Below are positions 34,834 to 43,297 of a stretch of DNA of 43,297 nucleotides, piece after piece (the first letter of the stretch is position 1; every line of letters begins with the position of its first letter). The position numbers were made by a program, and so were the translations under genes. A model generated the notes under the pieces. The model was not told the origin of the DNA, made no database searches, and saw only the letters and a list, made by a program, of their open reading frames with translations. The stretch covers positions 1 through 43,297 of the forward strand of contig CACZOP010000164.1 in the NCBI GenBank assembly GCA_902782845.1. The letters are read 5' to 3'. The stretch comes from Oscillospiraceae bacterium (lineage in GTDB: Bacteria > Bacillota > Clostridia > Oscillospirales > Acutalibacteraceae).

Positions 34834-35876
34834 GCTTTTCTCTCCGTTTCTTCCGGTTCCTTCTCCAAAATCAGCTCCAGCATCGCCCGGAGCTCCGGCA
34901 GCGTTTTTTTCTCCATACGCCACTGCCCCGGCGCGTGGACAAGCACAACCGAGATCCCGCCGTCCTCGCTCTTTTTGTCGTGGGCGACGGCCGAAAGCGC
35001 TTTTTCCTTATCAAACCGCAGCCGGGTGGGCAGCCCCAGTTTTGTGAGCGCCGCCGCCACCCGGGGGCGCAGGGCTTCGCCGCACATGGGGAGCATCCCA
35101 AGCGCCACGCACTCGCCGTGATACAGTCCGTGGAGGTTTTCTTCACTTTCCAAGCCGTGGCCCAGCGTGTGGCCGAAGTTCAGGATCTTCCGGAGTCCCG
35201 CCTCTTTTTCGTCCTGCTCCACCACGCTTTTCTTGATTTCGAGCGAGCGGAAAACGATCTTTTCCATATGTTCCGCGGGACGTTCCGTTTCTTCAAACAG
35301 CCGGAACAGGTCCGGGTCGCAGGTAACGGACATTTTCAGCGCTTCGGCAAGGCCGTTGGCGATCTGCCGGGGCGGGAGGGTGGAAAGCAGGTCAAAATCG
35401 ATAAGCACCCGCTTCGGTTGATAAAAAGCGCCCACGATATTTTTAACGCCGCAGAAATTCACCGCCGTTTTGCCCCCGATGGAGGAATCCACCTGCGAGA
35501 GCACCGTGGTGGGGATATTGTAAAAATCCACGCCCCGCATATAGGAGGCGGCGGTGAAGCCCGCCAGATCCCCCACAACACCGCCGCCCACGGCAACCAC
35601 GCAATCCTTCCGGGTGAATCCGTGCTCCAGCATGGTTTCGAGCAAATGGGCGTACACCGGGAGGCTCTTGCTCTCTTCCCCGGCGGGTACGGTCTCGGTC
35701 ACGGCATACTCGCATTGCGCCGCCAGCGTTTTCGCGTAGCGTTCCGGCACGCCGTCGTCCGTCACCACCAGCGTTTTTCGGTTCAGGTTCAGGCATTCCC
35801 CGGCACGCGCGAGGAGCCCCCGTTCAAACAGGATATCATACGCCCCGCCGGGCGTTTTTACAGTCAGGGTTTTCAC
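34830..35876 (-). CDS. aroB: 3-dehydroquinate synthase
   Basis: GTG start at 35876 (GTGA overlap with the pheA stop; RBS GGGGAGG). GGGVVGDLAGF nucleotide-binding motif and NFGHTLGH metal motif. Confidence 0.9.
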   Translation of the reverse strand: MKTLTVKTPGGAYDILFERGLLARAGECLNLNRKTLVVTDDGVPERYAKTLAAQCEYAVTETVPAGEESKSLPVYAHLLETMLEHGFTRKDCVVAVGGGVVGDLAGFTAASYMRGVDFYNIPTTVLSQVDSSIGGKTAVNFCGVKNIVGAFYQPKRVLIDFDLLSTLPPRQIANGLAEALKMSVTCDPDLFRLFEETERPAEHMEKIVFRSLEIKKSVVEQDEKEAGLRKILNFGHTLGHGLESEENLHGLYHGECVALGMLPMCGEALRPRVAAALTKLGLPTRLRFDKEKALSAVAHDKKSEDGGISVVLVHAPGQWRMEKKTLPELRAMLELILEKEPEETERKA

Positions 35877-36979
35877 AGCCGCGCCTCCCCGTCCAGCACC
35901 GGCCCCTCGGTATAGTGCCCCGCGATCTTCAGCCGGTCGCAGCAAACCGAAAGCGCTCTGAGCATCCGCTGCCCGTCCTCGCTTTTGTGGTCGCCCTCCG
36001 CTTCCACATAAAAATAATACTGCCAGGGCACGTCCTTCACCGGGCGGCTGCGCAGCACCCGCATATTAAAGCCGTGGGCGCAGATGATGTTCACCGCTTT
36101 CGCCAGCGCCCCCACCACGTTGTTCACGGTGAAGAGCATGATAAAACGGCTGTTTTCACCGGTCGTGTCCGCTTCGGCGCGGGAAAACACGGCAAAGCGG
36201 GTGGTGTTCGCGGCGCTGGTCTGCAAATCATGATCCAGCACCTCCAGCCCGTATAAGTCGGAGGTATCGCTGCTGGCGATGGCGGCAAGGGTCTTATCCC
36301 TTGCCCCGGCGACGGTTCTGGCGGCAACGGCGGTGTTTGAAACGCCTTCAGATGCAAAGCCGTGGGATTTGATATAATCCGCGCACTGCGAAAGCGCCTG
36401 CGGGTGGCTGAGCACTTTTCTGATCTCCGAGATCTTCGTGCCCGGGAGCCCCAGCAGCTGGTGCCGCACCGGCAGAGCGTAAACGCCGTTCACATAGAGG
36501 CTGCCGTTGAACATCAGATCCGCCACCTGCCCCACTTCTCCCGCGAAGCTGTTCTCCATCGGCAGCACACAGCAGTCGCAGTCGCCCGATACCACCGCGT
36601 TGTAGGCGGCCTCAAAATCCGGGAACGGCAGGGCGAGGGCGTCCGGGAAGATCCGTTCGGCGGCGATGGCGGCAAAGGCGCCAAGCACCCCGGAATACGC
36701 CACACGCATCCCCTCGAGCCGGGTGCGCTGCCAGGTGCGGGAAATCGCCATCACGCCCTTGATAAAACTCACGTAATGAGCCCGGAGGTTCGGGTCCTCC
36801 ACCAGCAGCGCGTTCTTTTCGATCACCGCCTGCTCCCGCGCGGCGTCCAGCACCGGAAGCCCGTGGGCGGCCTTGAATTCCGCCACCTCCCGCACCGCCT
36901 CCATGCGCTTTACAAACTGCGCGGCCATCTCTCTGTCCGCTTCGTCGATGATCCTTCTTGCCTGCTCCAGCTCCGTCAT
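35873..36979 (-). CDS. pheA: Bifunctional chorismate mutase / prephenate dehydratase (P-protein) with ACT domain
   Basis: Start MTELEQARRIIDEAD (ATG 36979, RBS GGAGGG). CM helix region, PDT motifs (VAYSGVLGAF, TTRFAVF) and a C-terminal ACT domain. The 73-aa ORF-track extension is rejected because it runs across the promoter. Confidence 0.9.
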   Translation of the reverse strand: MTELEQARRIIDEADREMAAQFVKRMEAVREVAEFKAAHGLPVLDAAREQAVIEKNALLVEDPNLRAHYVSFIKGVMAISRTWQRTRLEGMRVAYSGVLGAFAAIAAERIFPDALALPFPDFEAAYNAVVSGDCDCCVLPMENSFAGEVGQVADLMFNGSLYVNGVYALPVRHQLLGLPGTKISEIRKVLSHPQALSQCADYIKSHGFASEGVSNTAVAARTVAGARDKTLAAIASSDTSDLYGLEVLDHDLQTSAANTTRFAVFSRAEADTTGENSRFIMLFTVNNVVGALAKAVNIICAHGFNMRVLRSRPVKDVPWQYYFYVEAEGDHKSEDGQRMLRALSVCCDRLKIAGHYTEGPVLDGEARL

Positions 36980-37013
36980 CTGTTTCCCTCCGTTCCTATT
37001 ATAAATAATAATA

Positions 37014-37042
37014 ATTTTATATTTCCGCGCCCCGTTTGTCAA
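37014..37042 (-). promoter_or_regulatory. Near-consensus sigma-A promoter (TTGACA-17 nt-TAAAAT) of the aro operon
   Basis: Minus strand: TTGACA at 37042-37037 and TAAAAT at 37019-37014. This leaves only about 30 nt of leader before pheA. Confidence 0.65.
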
Positions 37043-37099
37043 GTGCCGGAAAAAGAAAGTCCGATAAAAATAATGAAATTGAATTATTTCAAAAAAGGA

Positions 37100-37128
37100 T
37101 TGTTTTTCCGCTTCACATCTGTTAAAAT
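37100..37128 (+). promoter_or_regulatory. Putative sigma-A promoter (TTGTTT-17 nt-TAAAAT) for MPE-4
   Basis: TTGTTT at 37100-37105 and TAAAAT at 37123-37128. Divergent from the aro promoter. Confidence 0.5.
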
Positions 37129-37200
37129 GAAGATAAGCGGGCCCCGGCGGACAGCGCCGCTTTGGGCACCCGCACACACGCAACAAAAGGAGGCACATCC

Positions 37201-38589
37201 ATGTATCGCTTCAAAAAAAGCGCCGCCCTGTTTATGGCGCTGCTCATGACGCTGAGCCTGATGCTCTTCGCGCTCCCTGCCGGAGCGGAGGAAACCGGTT
37301 TTGTTCCCGTGCTGCGCTTTATCGCCGCCAGCGACACCCATATCGCCGACAATAACGACGTAAACGCCCGCCGCATCGAAAAAATGATGGGCATCGGCTA
37401 CGAGATCGCCGACGGCGACGCGAATTACAACAAGCTCGACGCGGTGCTCATCGCGGGCGATCTGACCAACGACGGCACAAAAACGGAATTCGATAAATTC
37501 TGGAACGCGCTGGGCGGGTCCATGCGGGAGGGCACCCGCTTTGTGGGCGTGGTGGCCAAGAACCACGACGGCTACAAGATGAAACGCACGGAACTGAGGG
37601 ATTACTTCACAGATCTCACCGGGGCCGACGCCGACTTCCACGCGGTGATCAACGGCTATCACTTCATCGGCCTTTCCGCCTCGAAAAACGACGCGCAGCA
37701 CTACGACGCTTCCCAGCTCGTCTGGCTCAAGCAGCAGCTCGACGCCGCGGTGAAGGAAGATCCGAACCGTCCCGTTTTCGTGACCCACCACGAGCACGTG
37801 CGGGGAACGGTCTACGGCAGCTCCCTTTATGAAGGCTGGGGCGTGCCCTATTTCACCGCCATCCTCAGGCAGTATCCGCAGGTGGTGGATTTCTCGGGTC
37901 ATTCCCACTACCCGCTGAACGATCCCCGCTCCTTATGGCAGGGCAAGTTCACCGCCGTCGGCACCGGCGCCATCACCTATTCCGAATTCACCATAGACGA
38001 TACCCGTACCTATCATCCCGCCGACAGCAGCGACACCGCCTCCTGCTGGATCGTGGAGGTGGACATAAACAATAATATCCGTCTGCGCGGCATGGACGTG
38101 AACGAAAACGCCTGCCTGTGTGAATATCTGCTCAAAAACCCCGCGAATCCCGAAAATCGCGATTATATCCCCGTGAAGCGCATGGCGCAGTCGAAGCCTC
38201 CCGTGTTTGCCGAAGACGCCGCCCTGCAGGTGGAACCCGGCTTCGGCGCGTGTGTGGTGACCGCGCCCGCGGCTGCATCTGCCGACGGCATGCCGATCGT
38301 GCTCTACCGCGCCTATGCCAAAAACAAGGCCGGCGTGATCGTGGAAACCGCGTGGACCCTGCCGCAGTATTATCGCGCGGTGGAACAGAACGAGATCGTT
38401 CTCACGCTGGACGGCCTTGCCCAGGGCGAATACACCGTGGGCGTGGTGGCGGAGACCGCCTACGGCGTGCAATCGAAGCCCGTGGAGAAAAAAATCACCG
38501 TCGAAGGCAAGGATCTGATCCTCAACTTCTTTCACCGGATCGCCCTGTTCTTCAAGGATATGTTCCAAAAGATCAAAAATCTGTTCTGA
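37201..38589 (+). CDS. Secreted calcineurin-like metallophosphoesterase (MPE-4) with C-terminal beta-sandwich domain; paralog of 15724-17055
   Basis: Start MYRFKKSAALFMALLMTLSLMLFALPAGAEE (signal peptide; ATG 37201, RBS AAAGGAGG). Motifs ASDTHIADNN, IAGDLTNDG, KNHDG and FSGHSHYPLNDPRS. Confidence 0.88.
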   Translation: MYRFKKSAALFMALLMTLSLMLFALPAGAEETGFVPVLRFIAASDTHIADNNDVNARRIEKMMGIGYEIADGDANYNKLDAVLIAGDLTNDGTKTEFDKFWNALGGSMREGTRFVGVVAKNHDGYKMKRTELRDYFTDLTGADADFHAVINGYHFIGLSASKNDAQHYDASQLVWLKQQLDAAVKEDPNRPVFVTHHEHVRGTVYGSSLYEGWGVPYFTAILRQYPQVVDFSGHSHYPLNDPRSLWQGKFTAVGTGAITYSEFTIDDTRTYHPADSSDTASCWIVEVDINNNIRLRGMDVNENACLCEYLLKNPANPENRDYIPVKRMAQSKPPVFAEDAALQVEPGFGACVVTAPAAASADGMPIVLYRAYAKNKAGVIVETAWTLPQYYRAVEQNEIVLTLDGLAQGEYTVGVVAETAYGVQSKPVEKKITVEGKDLILNFFHRIALFFKDMFQKIKNLF

Positions 38590-38647
38590 CGACCGGAAAC
38601 GCTGCGAAACCCCTCGCTCCGTAGGCTTCATATCCCAAAAACAAACG

Positions 38648-38677
38648 GAGACCTCGCGAAAGCGGGGCCTCTTTTTG
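38648..38677. terminator. Bidirectional Rho-independent terminator between MPE-4 and the convergent LD-carboxypeptidase gene
   Basis: 10-bp stem GAGACCTCGC/GCGGGGCCTC with a GAAA loop. T5 follows on the plus strand, and a T-rich tract (CGTTTGTTTTTGG) follows on the minus strand. Confidence 0.65.
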
Positions 38678-38690
38678 CATGCGACCAACT

Positions 38691-38718
38691 CCGAATTCCG
38701 AATTCCGCATTCCGCATT
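38691..38718. repeat. Tandem heptanucleotide repeat (CCGAATT x2, CCGCATT x2)
   Basis: Read directly at 38691-38718, ending 3 nt from the LD-carboxypeptidase stop codon. Confidence 0.8.
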
Positions 38719-38721
38719 GAT

Positions 38722-39750
38722 TCAGTTCCCGAACCTGATCCATCCGTTGACCGCGTCCACCTCGGCCTCGGTTTCAAAGGGGATGATACATTTGGGCTGG
38801 GCGTGGCCGATATTCAGGTTGCACACCACCGGCAGCGCGGGGTCGCCGATCACGCGCTGCAGCTCCCGCAGGTATTCCGCTTCGTAGGTTTCGTCCATGG
38901 GCTTCCCCACCAGCACGCCCGAAACGGCGGAGAACACCCCGGCTTCTTTCAGATAGGTCAGCGCCCGGCGGTATTTTTCGGGTGACATTTTTTCCTCGCT
39001 GGATTCCAGCAGCAGGATATGGTCTTTCCATGCCTCCGCCGGGGGGAAAAGGCCGTATTTTTCGCAGAGAGCGGGCATATCGGCGTAGCGCTCGCCGTTA
39101 AAGAAGTCGTGGATGGTGTCGATGCAGCCGCCGAAGATCCTGCCGGAGAATACGGGGCTGCCCTGCAACAGCAAAAAGCCCCGGTCCGGGTGCGAAACGA
39201 GGGGGACGCCCGCCTGCTCTGGCCCGAAGCTTTCCCGCTCCTCATACCACACGTCGGACGGCTTTATTTCCCGGATCCTGCCGGTAAAGATCAGCTCCTC
39301 GAAATACCGCCGTGAATAGGGCGGCATCTCCTCTCCCGGCTCGCAGATATCCGCAAGGAACGACTGCCCGTAGAAGGTGCGAAGCCCCGCTTTGAGCAGC
39401 ATAAAATGGTTCACCGTGGTGTCGGAAAACCCGAGGAAGACCTTGTCGCAGACGGCGCTTTGCAGCTCGTTGTTGTCAAAGAGATACGGGAGCAACCGGT
39501 AGGTGTCGTCCCCGCCGATGGCGCAGAGGACCATGTCGATCTCCGGGTCCCGGAAGGCCTCGAGCAGGTCGGCGGCGCGGCGCTCCGGATGCGCCTTCAC
39601 GTAGTCTATCCCCTTCAGCGCGTGGGGCAGGAACTTCACCCGCAGGCCCATGGATTCGAGCCTTTGCACGCCGATTTTGAGCTCGTATGAAACAAAATCC
39701 TCGCCGAGAATACCACTGGAAAGGCTCACAATGCCGATCGTTCTGATCAT
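38722..39750 (-). CDS. S66-family LD-carboxypeptidase (MccF/LdcA-like)
   Basis: Start MIRTIGIVSLSSG (ATG 39750). Catalytic Ser motif LGFSDTT and C-terminal NIGHAQP. The upstream 125 codons of the ORF-track call translate tRNA sequence and are rejected. Confidence 0.88.
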   Translation of the reverse strand: MIRTIGIVSLSSGILGEDFVSYELKIGVQRLESMGLRVKFLPHALKGIDYVKAHPERRAADLLEAFRDPEIDMVLCAIGGDDTYRLLPYLFDNNELQSAVCDKVFLGFSDTTVNHFMLLKAGLRTFYGQSFLADICEPGEEMPPYSRRYFEELIFTGRIREIKPSDVWYEERESFGPEQAGVPLVSHPDRGFLLLQGSPVFSGRIFGGCIDTIHDFFNGERYADMPALCEKYGLFPPAEAWKDHILLLESSEEKMSPEKYRRALTYLKEAGVFSAVSGVLVGKPMDETYEAEYLRELQRVIGDPALPVVCNLNIGHAQPKCIIPFETEAEVDAVNGWIRFGN

Positions 39751-39777
39751 GGGGAACCGTCCTTTCACAATAATCAT

Positions 39778-39820
39778 ATAAAAGAAACCGCACAACCCGT
39801 TGACAGGAACAGGTGTGCGG
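39778..39820 (-). terminator. Rho-independent terminator after tRNA-Arg
   Basis: On the minus strand CCGCACACCTGTT pairs with AACGGGTTGTGCGG (13 bp with one bulge), followed by TTTCTTTTAT. Confidence 0.75.
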
Positions 39821-39823
39821 TGG

Positions 39824-39900
39824 TGGCCCGCCCGGAGGGATTCGAACCCCCGATCTTCAGAATCGGAATCTGCTGCGTTATCCAACTGCGCCACGGGCGG
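39824..39900 (-). tRNA. tRNA-Arg (anticodon CCG), 77 nt including encoded CCA
   Basis: Hand-folded cloverleaf. Acceptor CCGCCCG/CGGGCGG, D-arm GCGC-AGTTGGATA-(A)CGC, anticodon stem CAGA/TCTG with loop TTCCGAT (CCG at 39866-39864). T-arm GGGGG-TTCGAAT-CCCTC, discriminator G, CCA. The 5' portion resembles E. coli/B. subtilis tRNA-Arg (GCGCCCG...). Confidence 0.85.
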
Positions 39901-39905
39901 AAATA
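39846..39905 (-). repeat. 60-bp perfect direct repeat, copy A (tRNA-Arg nt 1-54 plus 5 nt of 5' flank)
   Basis: Identical letter-for-letter to 40062-40121. Confidence 0.9.
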
Positions 39906-39929
39906 CTATTTTGTTAACTCTGGTTTTTT

Positions 39930-40116
39930 GCGGACCCATTCCGGAGGGATTCTCCCGTCCGAAACATTGTCGTGCTGCTTCGCTTGGAGCGCTTGCATCA
40001 CTCTGTGTTTCGTCCCTCTGCGTGCGCCCCTTCTTCGTCCGCAGGACGCGGGACTTCGCAGACCCCCGATCTTCAGAATCGGAATCTGCTGCGTTATCCA
40101 ACTGCGCCACGGGCGG
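39930..40116 (-). pseudogene. tRNA-Arg(CCG)-derived element: intact nt 1-54, 109-nt insertion in the T-loop, then GAATCCCTCCGG and a degenerate acceptor 3' strand
   Basis: 40116-40062 is identical to tRNA nt 1-54. 39953-40061 replaces the 2 nt at positions 55-56. 39941-39952 matches tRNA nt 57-68. The next bases (AATGGGT) cannot pair with the 5' acceptor strand CCGCCCG. Confidence 0.7.
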
Positions 40117-40121
40117 AAATA
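40062..40121 (-). repeat. 60-bp perfect direct repeat, copy B
   Basis: Identical to 39846-39905, with a 216-bp offset. Confidence 0.9.
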
Positions 40122-40146
40122 TCATTATTTATAATGAACGGAGAGT

Positions 40147-40175
40147 AGTATACAACAAAAAAACTGAAATGTCAA
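40147..40175 (-). promoter_or_regulatory. Near-consensus sigma-A promoter (TTGACA-17 nt-TATACT) upstream of the tRNA-derived element and tRNA-Arg
   Basis: Minus strand: TTGACA at 40175-40170 and TATACT at 40152-40147. The predicted TSS lies about 24 nt before position 40116. Confidence 0.65.
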
Positions 40176-40351
40176 TTCAAAAACCGCATTTTTTCCCGCC
40201 CTCCGAAAAAAATAACGATAAATCGAAGTTTGAACGTGCTACCGGCCTACCGGCGCAAAAGCCAATTCCCCGTTAAATTCTGTCATATTGCTTCTATTGT
40301 CTCTTTTAACTGTTTTTTCATGCGTAAGGCGTGTTTGTTCCTCGAAAAAAC

Positions 40352-40380
40352 TTGACAAACCCCCGGCGATGGATTATACT
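40352..40380 (+). promoter_or_regulatory. Near-consensus sigma-A promoter (TTGACA-17 nt-TATACT) of the alaS leader
   Basis: TTGACA at 40352-40357 and TATACT at 40375-40380. Confidence 0.65.
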
Positions 40381-40401
40381 ATATCCCGTTATAAAAATGA
40401 T

Positions 40402-40613
40402 CTGCAATGGTGCAGTCAGTTCGCCTTTTTCCTTTCAGAGAGCGGCCGGTGGGTGCGAGGCCGCAGGCAAAAACGCGAACGTGCCGCTGCACGGCAGCCG
40501 GGTGAGGAATCCGGCGTCGGCGCCGCGTTAAGGCGCGCAAGAGAGATGCCTGGCATAATTCGGGTGGTACCGCGGAGAGATCCGTCCCGAAGTTTGTACA
40601 GGTTTATTTTTTT
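40402..40613 (+). promoter_or_regulatory. T-box riboswitch leader (tRNA-Ala-responsive) with terminator/antiterminator
   Basis: T-box sequence AATTCGGGTGGTACCGCGG at 40557-40575. Antiterminator GGG-[TGGTACC bulge]-GCGG...CCGT-CCC. Stem I (40402-40497) carries an AG bulge AGAGA (40437-40441) and a distal-loop GGTGCGA. Candidate specifier is GCC (40483-40485) followed by G. The terminator arms CCTG...CAGG (40549-40602) are followed by a U-run (40603-40613). Confidence 0.85.
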
Positions 40614-40647
40614 CATCCGGAATTCAAATCAGAAAGGACCGATCACC

Positions 40648-43284
<2,637 letters not shown>

Positions 43285-43297
43285 TCCGGAATTCAGC

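Noticed and set aside
36980-37198. 73-codon extension of pheA. Similar upstream extensions occur on tyrA (30774-30875), aroC (34834-34923), aroB (35877-35945), GH43 (13596-13673), VanY (10461-10535), the MBL fusion (9625-9672), GH3 (23574-23612), MPE-4 (37162-37200) and the GNAT (28812-28832).
   Set aside because: The extensions overlap upstream genes or promoters and lack homology. Internal starts have proper RBS spacing and give canonical N-termini, signal peptides, or ATGA/GTGA coupling.
38691-38718. The heptamer array considered as a CRISPR or other spaced-repeat locus.
   Set aside because: The units are 7 bp and contiguous with no spacers. Nothing resembling CRISPR repeats or cas genes occurs in the window.
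39953-40061. CGAAAC and TGATG strings in the tRNA insertion, which hinted at a hammerhead ribozyme core.
   Set aside because: Only 7 nt separate the two boxes. The CUGAUGA box is imperfect (GTGATGC). No stems I, II or III can be drawn in any permutation.
39751-40125. N-terminal 125 codons of ORF 38722-40125, containing the peptide FPPVAQLDNAADSDSEDRG twice.
   Set aside because: The repeated peptide is just the translation of the two tRNA-Arg-derived sequences. A terminator lies between them and the real LD-carboxypeptidase start at 39750.
40288-40647. 120-codon N-terminal extension of alaS in the ORF track.
   Set aside because: It spans the alaS promoter, the T-box leader and its terminator. 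AlaRS homology begins at MEWMSLNTIREKY (40648).

Overview
GC-rich, densely coding chromosomal segment from a spore-forming Clostridia-type Firmicute: spoIIAA-spoIIAB-sigF is present and alaS has a T-box leader. I saw no rRNA, CRISPR array, transposase or integrase. Content in order: (1) two tandem amidohydrolases, a flavoprotein and a 1027-aa glycosidase-like gene. (2) The spoIIA operon. (3) A roughly 12-kb co-directional minus-strand cluster, 19266 down to 7215. It starts with a LytS/YehU-type histidine kinase and a REC+SARP-type response regulator. These are followed by three calcineurin-like metallophosphoesterases interleaved with GH99-like, GH43 and beta-propeller glycosidases, then a VanY-type peptidase, a secreted MBL/TIM-barrel fusion and a GNAT. 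(4) A divergent plus-strand operon: HAD lipoprotein, GH38 alpha-mannosidase, GH3. (5) An orphan STAS protein paired with an unknown 203-aa protein. (6) trxA, a YjbR-family gene and a GNAT. (7) A complete shikimate plus Phe/Tyr operon: pheA-aroB-aroC-aroE/K-aroQ-aroA-tyrA-DAHP synthase. (8) A fourth metallophosphoesterase paralog and an LD-carboxypeptidase. (9) A tRNA-Arg(CCG) locus. (10) T-box-controlled alaS. Three signals look most worth follow-up. First, an exact 11-bp motif (TTGTTGGACAT) is tandemly repeated in front of the response-regulator gene and recurs with identical promoter geometry in front of the divergent HAD operon, which suggests a SARP-type regulon. Second, phospho-hydrolases are unusually concentrated among glycosidases, which suggests catabolism of a phosphodiester-linked glycan. 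Third, a promoter-proximal 5' tRNA-Arg fragment is 60/60 nt identical to the intact tRNA downstream but carries 109 nt in its T-loop. All calls come from reading the sequence and ORF translations by eye; no searches were run.
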